A DNA stretch of 64,000 bases from Saccostrea echinata. Lineage: Eukaryota. Under the pieces are notes generated by a model. It saw only the letters and a list, made by a program, of their open reading frames with translations. It was not told the origin of the DNA and did not search any database. Location: positions 1,488,001-1,552,000 of the forward strand of contig NW_026889751.1 in NCBI RefSeq assembly GCF_033153115.1, written 5' to 3'. The first letter of the stretch is position 1. Every line of letters begins with the position of its first letter. A program made the position numbers and the translations under genes. Shown in pieces: positions 39,181 through 50,715 of this stretch.

Positions 39181-40761
39181 CATCTTTTTTTCTGGACTTC
39201 TCTGAGACAAGCTGCATGAGACCTCCCCAAACAGTTAAACCTTTGTTACAAGAGTCCAGAGTTCCATTTCTGTGTGGAGACCAAAGTGGCAATGGGAGAA
39301 GGCAAAACTTATGAAAAAGGTCTCTCACTTTAAGACATGTTGTAAGATGAAATATCGTTACCAAGTAAACCAGAACCCATTGTAAGAAATGAGAGTTATG
39401 ATACTCCACTCTAGCTTGAAGTCGTACTACTTAAATGGCAGTATGAAATACGAGTTCGGAAAGTAGATAAATTTTCAAGCAGGATATAGTACGGTTTTAA
39501 TTACACTTGGATTTGTGGTATGAATGTCCGTGTAAAAATCAAAGTTAAATCTATTTTAGTTTTGAAAGAACAAAGCATATTTTGTTGACGGAAACAATAT
39601 CATTATAATACATAACATGTATATCTATTTATTACTTGAACCTGAAAATGATCTTACATGCAATATACTCTTACACTTTAAACGGCATTTGGTTTTATCG
39701 AAGGACAATTGTTCCCTGCAGAATTAACACAGAAATTACGCCTTTATGTAAAACAGCTCACTATGGACATACTCTTAACCTTCTACAGGAAGTCAAAGCA
39801 TAATTATCGTAATGAATTGTCCGTACTCTACACACTAATTTGTAACTATCTGCGCCCTCCGTTTAATTGTTTAGATAATACAGTTCTCGCCCTTTAACAA
39901 TTATAAAGGTATTCCTAACTGATTACCTGAATCATTCTTTTTATTTGAAAAAAGAAGATAACTTGAAGTAAATTAAGTTCATAATAAAACCCCTCTTTGT
40001 TTCGTCCGAGCTTAAACGAGAAACAATTAGAATTTGTATCAGGAGACGTGAAATTACATTTGTACTTAATATGACAAACGACCAACCAAATTGTCATGGT
40101 TGAATTTATAATTCGCACTTTTTTGTGTTAAAAACATATTTTGCATGCACAATTAATGAATTTTCTCAACAATAAGATATACGCATTTTTATACGACTGG
40201 CTATACGAATTACAAGTGCACAGACATCCAGAAATCCATGTATCATGTGCATACATGTATAACAAAAACCAACATATGCTGTGTCGACTGGGGCAAAAGT
40301 ATATAATTGTAAGTATATTTAGTATTTTGATACCAAATAAGCTAATCATTCATGAAATGTCCTCTATAGGGTAATATTGTAAAAGCTGGCTAATGCTTGT
40401 AGTATATAATTTGTTTGCAGCAAAACATATTTAATAGAGAAGTTAATGTTAATATATAAATGAACAGGTAAACTTCTATTATAAATTTTGAATTCAAAGT
40501 TTACAGTAACATACGTCTTTGTTGCGACTTGCAAATGGGATGAGCACATGTCAAAATACAAAAGCAGGGGCAAGAGTGAGAGGAATCTCGAATCGAGATT
40601 TTGTACTCTTAAAATGTAGGCACATTGTACATCCTACATAAAAATGACTGCTCTTCCTGACACTAGTAAATATAGATTTATAAACTTCCTCTTAATGGTA
40701 TTCACAATGTTGTAAAACCCATAAATGATTTCCTTCAAAAACGCTTTCCCTTTGTCGTCTG

Positions 40762-40876
40762 GAATGAAATATGAAGATAACGAACAGTATTCAATCTCGA
40801 AAGTCCAATGAAACGATACAAATTTGGAGCAAAGAAAACACGGACCTCGAAATTTAGAGGTAGAATCAGGTGCCAG
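40762..40876 (-). mobile_element. Penelope-like 3' terminal module, inverted relative to the adjacent RT fragment
   Basis: Reverse complement matches 53173-53286 (GGCACCTGAT..ACCTCTAAATTT.GAGGTCCGTGTTT..TTATCTTCATATTTCATT). Confidence 0.8.
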
Positions 40877-40899
40877 GAACCTTTTCATTAGGAAGCTTA

Positions 40900-41966
40900 G
40901 GTTATAGAAAATCTGAAGTCACCAAATTTTTCAGAAGTCTACAACATCAAAACATAAGACTTTCCTACACTTTATGCAACCATTCCTCACTATAAATTAA
41001 AAACTAGGCCCTTTGATATCATAGTCAACTGCTTCTTCAATAAAAACGGAACTCGGAAGATACTTGAGTTCCTCATCGACAACATTTATGTGGCTTCGGA
41101 GACCAAGTCTTCCAGCAAACTGTTGGAATTTCGATGGACAGTAATTGTGCTCCTTTATTAGCCGACCTGTTTTTATATTCGCGTGAAGAAGAATTTATTC
41201 AAAAACTTCCACATGAGAAGAAGAAAACACTTGTCGTGACCTTCAACTCGACATTCAGATATATCGACGTCGTTTTATTAACTAACAATAGTTATTTCCA
41301 TTTATTTGTCGACTCAATTTATCCCAATGAACTTGAAATAAAAGACACCACACTGCACAGAATCTGCCAAATCTGCTTTATATTTGAATGTTTTACTGAC
41401 TATAGATGACAAAAGGCCAACTAATAACTAAATTGTGTGACAAACAAGATGACTTCAGCTTTTCCATCGTCAACTTTCCTTATTTAAGTAGAAATATTCC
41501 GATATCACCTTCATATACGTCTCCCAACTTATTCGCTACTCAAGAGCATGCTTTTGACTACGATCAGTTTTTAACCCGAGGAAGGCTTCTCACACATAAG
41601 TTGATGTTAAAGGGATTTCAACAATCTCGTTTAAAGTTATCATTCCGTAAATTCTATAGTCGTTATAATGACCTTGTAAGCAAATATAACTTATCACTGG
41701 GTCGCATTTTGACTGACTTGTTTCCTACGAATTGTAAGACCTTTGTTTTTATAATAAATTTGACTACGGAATGTTCCGTCGACTTAATCAATACATAGGG
41801 CTCACGGCGGGTGTCACCTGTCAACAGGGGATGCTTACTCCTTCTAGGCACCTGATCCCACCTCTGGAATTTCCAGGGATCCGTGTTTTATGTCCTGTTT
41901 ACATATTTGTATCGATTGAAGGTTTTATGAGATCGATCACTGTTCGTTATCTTCACCCCTTTTCAT
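40900..41966 (+). mobile_element. Penelope-like retroelement, 5'-truncated RT pseudo-ORF plus 3' module (probably Naiad/Chlamys-type)
   Basis: DFPTLYATIPH, SNCAPLLADLFLYS, FRYIDV (decayed YIDD), DKQDDFSFSIVNFPYLSRNIP, FRKFYSRYNDLV. No endonuclease follows the RT. Multiple frameshifts and an internal deletion. Confidence 0.88.
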
Positions 41967-43105
41967 TTTTCTTTAATGTTCACAAAAATTATTAGGCACC
42001 AAAAGTCGTTTTGATACGTACAAGGAGAGTTATGACTTAAATTGTGATGTTTTTCTACAGTATCACACATTATTGACTGAATTTGAAGGCAACATATTTT
42101 TGGGTCTGATGTCAAAAAGTATTGTCCAAATCAAACCTTTGCCTATAACTGTTTTGTGAATTCCTCTATTTGCTGACATGTTTCTTGACAAGACAACTCC
42201 TGTACGTGCTTTCACTTTCTTAGTTCTGTCACGTTGGAACTTAAACGGTAAACGAGTTCTAATAAGATGTTAAGTAAGCGCGGGTTAATAAATTTCATGT
42301 TGGACAGATATTGGCGTCATATTCGGTCCAATACCAAATTTGTTGGATCGCTTCCGTCGATATCGGATTTTTTGGTCTAAACTATTTATCAGTACTGTTT
42401 GCATAGTGAAATATCTATAAACGTACGGTTATTACAATTGCTTATTAATAATTTGTGGAGGTCAGATGTCTATCATACAACCATAGTATTTTAAGACTTC
42501 GGGAACTAAATGCCAGTAAGATACATGTATATGAATGATTATATGAAAGGGTTAGAGGTTTGAATGCTTCAGAGATCAGACCGTGCCCCGGGATCATGAA
42601 ACGGTTTAATCATCTGTAAGATATTCATTAATTGCGAACCGAAACTCTTAATTTACAAACAACAGGATTATTAGTTTTATGATGCAACGTTGAAAAGGAT
42701 TTTTGTTCAGGTCTGTTTAATGTGACATTAGCACAATATATAAAGCCCCATTCGAAAAGAACTTACGTTTAAGTCCAAAACTTTAGCTTAATGTAAAAGT
42801 AGAAAGATCTTCTGTAAAACGGGGTCCAGATTTTGACCTGAGTTTAAGATGTTTCATAATGCCTTGCCGTGCCTTTTAATGCTGAGCGTTTGGAAAAAGA
42901 ACAGTCACTAACTGACAAACCACAGATCTGATCAGATCTGGGGTATTTTGAGACAAATAAATTGTCGAATAATTTAAGTAATTAGTATATGCTGATTCCC
43001 TTGTGCACTGTACGGAATTTTTTTTATTGTTATACTTTAGAAAGTTACCTCGCTTCTCACTGTAAAACGATTCATACATTGTAAGGCATCAATGAACAAC
43101 AGAGT

Positions 43106-43733
43106 TGAGGGTTGTCACAACTGTCATAAAGTATTTAATAATCGAAAGTTTTCAACGTAAATATATATAGTATTACCTCTATCTATTTTGACTTTTGCTG
43201 TAAAATTTCATTCAGACATAAACAATACTTTATAAAATATTAAAATAAACACAACGTTGGGTCTCGCCTATCGCCGCACATCAAGAATGTACTGACGTCA
43301 TTATGACGTTTCTCTTCGACATTCATTTTGAATACATAAGATTAACGCAAAAAGAAAAGAATTAAGAAATATCATTTGAATGAACACATTTCAAATAATT
43401 TCAATGCTACAACCCAAAACAAGACGATTTATAGCAAAATGGAAGTAAAAATTAATAAAAAGAAGCAACGTGAGAGGTTAAAAAAGGTAGGCGAATGAAC
43501 TGAAAATGAGTGCCGAAAAGTAACGTCTTACATGTACATGTAACGACGCCGGTAACATTCCTGCCGTACGGCGATAGACAAAACTTAACAACTAACTGTG
43601 TTTAGTGTAATATTTTAAAAAGTATTTTAAATAATCAGCAAATTCAAAATAGATAGGGGTCAAATTTTGTTGATAACATTGGATTATTAAAGTTTTTATA
43701 GCAGTTGTGACAATACTATGGGATCAACCCTCG
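43106..43733. mobile_element. Tc1/mariner-like long-TIR MITE
   Basis: Right end ATCAACCCTCG-TA, left TGAGGGTTG. Imperfect inverted arms of ~220 bp (TTGTCACAACTG, CTATCTATTTTGA, ATCGCCG, CATTTT). Sister copy at 59027. Confidence 0.8.
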
Positions 43734-45650
43734 TACAAGTAGGTCGCTGTTATTAGAACACGATCAATGAAACAATGAGTATTCCTCTAAAATGAATGCT
43801 CCGTTCCTGGTGGAAGGGGAATTTTTTTTTTCCATAGTTGTTCGATTTACCCACAAAGAAAAAGGGGTTTTTTTATTGCTAAACGTTTATTTAACATGAT
43901 CACAAAAACTTCCATACGAATTGGGAATAGGACCAAATTTGATTAAGGATAATGAAAACCCTGACTTCGTATAATAAATTGTGTATCCTTGCACGTATAC
44001 ACGTAAATCCTTAAGACAGAATGTTTGCATGCAAGAATTGTTTCTTTCTGCTGATTCCAAACTTTTCTTAAAATTCACCTTTTTTATGTTCACTAAACGA
44101 AATACTGTATACAACTATACCATTGTTATTTTTTGATAAAATACATGTACTTTGGAAAATAGTGTGCTGATTTATAATACAAAAGTATTGCATTATTAAA
44201 TGAAGCTTGTAAGGAAATGGAAACCGTATGGGAGGGGGGGGGCTGTTTGGGGAACATCTGTTACGGTTCCCGTTAAAAATAACAAAAAATTTATGTTAAT
44301 ATGGGTCTGCCTTTAGAACCTCCAGTAGAATTTAGGAAAAAGCTCGAGGTCCTTGGTTTGAAAATTTTATCCAGTTCTATTTTACCACTACTACAACTAC
44401 TCTCTCTCTCTCTCTCTCTTGGCAATTGAAAGTTGGGTTCTAGAGCTGTACATATTTTAAGATATAAAATAAAATTCCAGTCTAACATTTGAAACATTAT
44501 AAACATGACTAAAAGCAATGATGAACATTTTCAAATTGTTCTTGCTATGCAGTTCTTTTTTTTTTCTTCTTTTTTTTTAAAGAAAGTGCAAGAGTTTTCC
44601 TTTGAGAAGATTGTTCAGTTATTGAATGTTTTGAATCCATACTCTCACCACTCAACGCTTTGAATGACAGTGATGTAGACAAGCAAAGAACGACCCTGAA
44701 TTAGAAACATTTCTCCGAAGAATCGAGGCAATTAGTGCCGTTATTTGAAAAGGCTATTTCACAATAGCACCAGGAATCCACTGCAATCCCATGTTTTACG
44801 GGAAAAGTGAGAGATCTGAAACGTGTCATAAACCTGAATACTCCATGGAATAGGAAGTATTTAATTCTGCGCAACACTTTGGTGATGTGAATATAGTCAG
44901 TCATTTACACTGCCAAGAATACTGGTAGTTTTCAATGATAGACCTCTATGGCATATGATATTCTGTCATTCCTGATTTATAACCAAATGAATGCATTAAC
45001 AGTTTACAATAGAGATACTGGGAGAAGTAGAGACGAGACAATCTCTTCAGTTACAGTGCAGTATCTTGGGATGATGAATGAATGTGTTAGAAAAATTCAA
45101 TATTTATGTCATAAAAGGTATATTTGCCGTAAGAATCATGCATTTATGGTTTTAAATGAAGGCGTCTTGATTTCCTACGTTATGGTAGACATTACAATAC
45201 ACGTATTTAATGACTCGTATCTGCCTCATTTTCCATTTCCCCAAAGACTGCATGTTGCTTTTACAACTTTTCATTTCTGGGACTTTGCGATTTACTGTCC
45301 TATTCCGGATATTTGACAGGACATCAAATAAATCCAAGGAAATGAAAGTCCCTTAACCTTCGTGCACTACCTACAGGTTCAACGCACTCCCAAATTCGGC
45401 GTATATTCCTATAAATATGTGTTGACGCTTGGATTATTTCTCCCTAAAGTGTCAATTACGTCCCCCTTTTGATGAAGAGGAATACTTGTTTTGTATTGAA
45501 TCTTTGCTGCTAATGCTTGTTTCTATCTGGTACGATCCAAAACAAGTTTCATGTATATATTTCTTTTCCTTACATATACTCATGATATATGGCGCCTGAT
45601 TATTCAATTTTTAACTCATGTGCGGTGTACCATAGAAACTCACATGTTAA

Positions 45651-46110
45651 AGCTGAACACGACTCGTAAATAGGCATACGCCATATTCGATTATGCTATC
45701 TACGACATCAGCACTGGGATATACCTTTCGCATTCGTTACGCCTGGCTGCACTTTATTCTCACGGGTATCGGCGTGGAATGGCGACACGTGTTCGTGCTG
45801 GTTATCTTGAATTGCCTTTGTGTATTTATTTTATTGCAGTTACGTGTATTTGTGTTTGTTTGTGTACTGCACTGACCTGTGCAACTGTTGTAAGTTTCTT
45901 TGGTATCTTACTATCCTGCTGTAGAAGTACACAGTTATTTATTTATTTATTGTCACTACCGAGTGCTGTGAAGCAAGCGTCCATCTACACCGGTGATAAC
46001 TGATTAAACTGAACAGTAACTAAGTGAACGACTTATATAGCGGCCCTCAGATATAGCGAGTGAATAATCGAATATGGCAGACAAATTTCTTTTACGAATC
46101 GTGTTCAACT
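45651..46110. mobile_element. Kolobok-like MITE, copy A
   Basis: TTAA-AGCTGAACACGACTCGTAAA ... TTTACGAATCGTGTTCAACT-TTAA, with subterminal GCCATATTCGATTAT inverted repeat. Confidence 0.85.
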
Positions 46111-46249
46111 TTAAACTGAAGATATGATTCAATGTCGTTTAGGGGAGACAGAGAAGTGGATATAACCAGAAATGTTACTTTCTAAATCTCATTATGTGAC
46201 AATTGAGTTCTGACATGTTGATGTAAGACGATGTGTCTTCCAACATTGA

Positions 46250-46669
46250 AGCTGAACACGACTCGTAAATAGGCATACGCCATATTCGATTATAATATCT
46301 ACGATATTAGCCTTCGCATTCGTTACACCTGACTGCTTTATTGTCACGGGTATCGGCGTGGAATGTCGATACGTATTCGTGCTGGTTATCTTGCATCGTC
46401 TTTGTTATTTATTATATTGCAGTTACGTGTATTTGTGTTTGTTTGTATGCTGCACTGACCTGTGCAACTGTTTTTTTGGAATCTTACTAATCTGCCGTAG
46501 AAGAAGTACACAGTTATTTTATGTATGTGTAGCATGCGTCCGTCTACACCGGTGACAATTGATTACACTGAACAGTGACTAAGTGAGCGGCTTATATAGA
46601 GGCCCTCAGATATAGCAAGTGAATAATCGAATATGTTGGACAAACTCCTTTTACGAATCGTGTTCAGCT
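46250..46669. mobile_element. Kolobok-like MITE, copy B (same family, same orientation)
   Basis: TTGA-AGCTGAACACGACTCGTAAA ... TTTACGAATCGTGTTCAGCT-TTAA; collinear with copy A apart from indels. Confidence 0.85.
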
Positions 46670-47781
46670 TTAAAATCTACATGTGAACTTGACATGAGAC
46701 TTCAATGTACTGTAGATTGTTTAGAGTTTCATTCAAATGAGCATGGAGGGCCATGGAAGTCTTGTTTAATCTTTTAGCCTGTCCGAGATTTCATCATTAC
46801 AGAACGACGCACTTTGTTTCTGCAACAGTCTGTTTCCGTATGCGAAAGAATTCAAGTTTGTTTTATATTTTAAATATTATATTGAAAGAAAAAAAATCGT
46901 TATACGCGTCTTATTATTGTTTTATTAATCCATTTTGGATCCGGGGTCGATTTCAAATTCCTTTTTTTAAACAACACACAATACAAATACTATTATACAT
47001 CAAACACTGACAAAGTAATAGAAAAGTAATTCAAACCGTCCAGATAGAATGGTTAAATGGTACCTGATGTTACAGTTTATTATGTACGTAGTTCGGTAAT
47101 GGCAGTAAAGTAAAAATCAAGGAGAGAGAGATAAAAAAAAACATTATGATGAAATACGTAATTCGGGATCAAGTTCCCACTTTCACTAAGCTTCTCCGAA
47201 TAATGAAAGTACACTGCAAGGAAGTGGAAATGGCAGACCATATCGGATAATTAGGAATAAAGGGAGATAAGCATTTACCTGTCACGAGACTTAATATTCA
47301 AGCCTTCACCGACAGGAACCACCAAGACAACCATCCCATTGAACCCTCTAATCAGCTAATCGAAACCGTCAATATCTCGTAAAAAGAGAATATCAGGATA
47401 TTACGAACTCTGTTTTCATGGCGTCTTATCTTTTCTATTGTCATTGTTTAGCGATATCGCTGAATAATTTTTACCTGTACCGTCAATTATAGGTGCATTC
47501 AGCTGATAGCCAGTCCATTCTTTATACGTACTCCCAGGAAACCATTAATGGAATCATTACTTAAATTTATTTCTATCACGTACATCTCCATTTACGTTTG
47601 ATAAGTGCATATTATTAAGGACAGCTTTCTAAAGTCACTGCTTTTGAGTGATTATTGTTTTTGTTCACTCAAGGACACCGGTTTTTTTTCATGCAAGAAT
47701 TAAACTGTAAGAAAGAATGAAGAAATAACGGGTACACAAAATGTCATTGCAGTGCACCTTATTTTTAACAGTTCCATTTCC

Positions 47782-48745
47782 CTTTTAGCTCTTCTGGTCA
47801 GAGACGGTTTTGGTCTTATTTCAGTATTACTTGGCACACAAGTAGACCACGCTTAGATACAAAATCGGTTTTGATTGATTGATTGTATGTTGTTTAATGT
47901 CCCATTCGAGAATTTTTCACTCATATAGAGACGTTACCATATACCGATGAGGGGCTTCAAATTTTGACCTTTACTCTGCACTCAGGACCATTGAGCAGTA
48001 AGGGATCTTTATCGTGTCAACGCATGCCGTGACACGGGTCCTCAGTTTTTAAGGTCTCATCCGAAGGACCAGCAACTTTCACTTCAAAGTGCCGAGCGCC
48101 TGGCGAAGGAACAGTTGCTACCCATTTTTTATCGACTTAGGTCAGTCGCGGCCGAGATTCGAACTAACGACCTCCCGATCACGGAGCGAGCGCTCTCAAT
48201 TTGAATTCGATGATTGGTGTTGCCATAGTTACTAAAAAAAAAGAATTTCTGTGAAATACTTTCAATTGCTACTCCTCTACAGTTTGGTCTAATTTTAATT
48301 TTACTTGGTACACAAGTAGAATGTACTAAGCTACATTATTCTGTATATTGGTTTTTGATTTCGAGTTGCCATGGTTACTAAAAATAGAAATTTCTGAGAA
48401 ACACTTTCAAAATGTTACTCATCCTACATTTTTGGTCTGATTTCAATATAACTTGGCACACAAGTAGATTACACTGAGAAACATAATTCTGTGCATCAGT
48501 TTTTGATTTTGGTGAAGTGTGTTGCCATGGTTACTAAAAATAGAAATTCCTGTGAAATACTTTCAAAACACTACTCCTCCTACAGTTTGGTCCGATTTGA
48601 ATAAAATTTGTTTACAAGTAGATTACACTGAGATACATAATTGTTTTTATAGTTTTTTTTTTTATTTTGATGAATGATGTTGCCTTGGTTTTTAAAATTA
48701 TTAAAGGCTATCCCTCCAACAGTTTTTGTCTGATTGCAACAAATC
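47782..48745 (+). mobile_element. 156-bp-satellite Helentron-like element, opposite orientation to 11981-12750, interrupted by a SINE
   Basis: TTTTAGCTCTTCTGGTCAGAGAC start; units with GTTGCCATGGTTACTAAAAATAGAAAT and CTACTCCTCCTACAGTTT. Confidence 0.8.
47871..48196 (-). mobile_element. tRNA-derived SINE (bivalve Meta/Deu-like), slightly 5'-truncated
   Basis: Minus strand: AGAGCGCTCGC..GTTCGAATC B box, GACCTAAGTCG..GGTAG core, ATATGAGTGAAAAATTCTCGA and a (CAAT)n tail. Confidence 0.85.
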
Positions 48746-49189
48746 TTTCCCCAAAAAGAGATTCTATTTATTGCCGTTGCAAAGTTTCAAGTCCAAGTAC
48801 TACTTTTCTCTCCCCTTGTTTTGAGCACAAACCAGTAGAGCTACAGTCTCATCAGAGACTTCTGGTTTGATCTGAAAATTCCTTAGAGTTGTTCTTTAAA
48901 TTATTTTTACGAAGCACATTTTTACTGAATGACAGGAAACATACTACCGGGGGTATATTTTAAGGAATATGGTCCGCGTTCGAATTATGCTTTAAAAATG
49001 TAATAGCTTGTTTATCACATAAAAAGGGCAAACAATCTCCACAGTGCAAAGCTACGGGGAAAGAAGTTTATTTTAAAAGTCAGTGGTTTTACAGATGTGT
49101 ATTCAGTTAAGCATTTTTTGCAAGGAAGGGAAGGGGGCACAATTTCTTTTTACGTGGATCCTTTATGAAGGGTCAAGTTAATGTTCAAA

Positions 49190-49735
49190 CAAGCCCCTTT
49201 CCTTACTCCTTACCAAAATTTTAACTGTTGCGAAAAACCTTCCGACGTACTTTGCTACAACATATTCAAGAACTGTTGTAAATCCAATGTGGATTCTCAA
49301 ACACTCCAAAGAACTCTTAGAAAATTTAAAATTCTAAAACTTTTCAAAAATCAATAGCATCAAAATATATGACTTTTCAACACTTTATACAACCATTATT
49401 TACGATATATTAAAGACCGGGCATTTTGATATCCAAGTCAATTGCTTCTCCATTAAGAACGGAACTCGTAAATTTCATATCTTGTGATTGATCATCTACA
49501 AAATCTACAAAATCACTTTGTTAAAAATGATTCTGATTCTACAAACAAGCACTCTGAAAATGATATGAAAAAATGCAGGAATTCCTCGTTAACAATATTT
49601 ATGTAGTCTTGGAGACCAGGTTCTTCCAAGAATTTGTTAGAATTTCGATGGGCGCTAATTCTTCTCCGTTATTAGTTGACATATTTTATACTCTCATGAA
49701 GCAGAATTTATTCAATTAAAATCTTCTACGTGAGT
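49190..49735 (+). mobile_element. Penelope-like RT fragment (N-terminal half of RT)
   Basis: Decayed frames give MWILKHSKELLENLK, SIKIYDFSTLYTTI and ISMGANSSPLLVD; overlaps 40900-41220 in homology. Confidence 0.8.
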
Positions 49736-50415
49736 AGCTGCAGAGTTGTAGCTCGAATTCGAACAGACAAACCAAAGAACTACAGATCCAAGCATTGTAA
49801 AAAAAAACTCCAATATACGGCGCTGCTTTTTTGTCGTTAGCTTCGGATTATAAGTGTTCCCCGTTAAAAACACGGTATCCACATAAATAAATCATATATT
49901 TTATTCCTAATCCTAATACTTTATTTACCACCTTTCGACGGTTCCGAACAGCCCTATGTTGCCTTGGAATATCAGTCTAAAAAAAAAAAAATCGCATTCC
50001 GACTTCCATGTTGAGGTCGTGCTTAAATACATCTGTTGAAGAACATACACATGCCAAGAAAATGTAAATATTTTTTTTTGGGGGGGGGGGGGGGAGGGTT
50101 CAAATATCATCTATATCGTCTATGAAATATAACCTATCGTTGGGTCGTATATGACTTACTTTTCCTAACAATTTTTATACCATTTCATCGTCGGATACCC
50201 ACTGATGATCTCATCTTTTACTCATCATGATGAGTAAAAGACAAGATCACCCGTATATATATATGACGTATATATATGACGTATATATATGACGAATGAC
50301 AATTTGTTAGATAAAAAACCTTCTGAACTCGCTCATCAAAAATGAAACAAATAAACTATAATGTGTATACATATTTCAAAAACAGGAAGGACATGCTAAA
50401 TGGAATATTCTGTTT

Positions 50416-50715
50416 CTGTAGATAAGAAATTTGATGCAACTTTTCGAATATGCAGAAAAGTTTGAAAAAAGAATTTTTAAGTTGATGGAAATAGTAATAT
50501 TCCTTATTTTACGCCAGTATTTATAAGATATTATTTAAAGGTTCTTAGATGTCAAATAGACGACAGAACAATAATTCGCGAGTGGACCTTTGATCAAGAG
50601 ATTTTACATGATTTTAGCACTATGTAAATAAATGCGAGTAATTTTATTTCGCGAGTGATGCTTCTTGCAAAATTAAGCGACAATTGATTCCTCGCGTACA
50701 TTTAGTTATCTACAG
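50416..50715. mobile_element. Degenerate MITE related in design to 9858-10051
   Basis: CTGTAGATAA ... TTATCTACAG-TA termini and internal TTCGCGAG repeats. Confidence 0.55.

Noticed and set aside
38945-39409. 154-aa ORF with hydrophobic N-terminus and IIDYRIYR repeats
   Set aside because: Starts at GTG with an in-frame stop shortly upstream; length is inflated by a 24-bp minisatellite. The real FRAS1 signal peptide is at 21019-21079.
40900-41800. Active reverse transcriptase, retron-like system, or selenocysteine-recoded ORF
   Set aside because: Frameshifts, TAA/TAG stops, an internal deletion and a decayed YIDD motif mark a dead Penelope-like copy; recoding cannot be inferred.
48120-48196. 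tRNA gene
   Set aside because: B box present but no complete cloverleaf; it is the head of a SINE with core and (CAAT)n tail.
48815-48870. Hammerhead ribozyme candidate (minus-strand CTGATGAG...), also CTGATGA at 6569, 10006, 11225, 50202 and 52629
   Set aside because: No properly placed GAAA with stems I-III could be built by eye.
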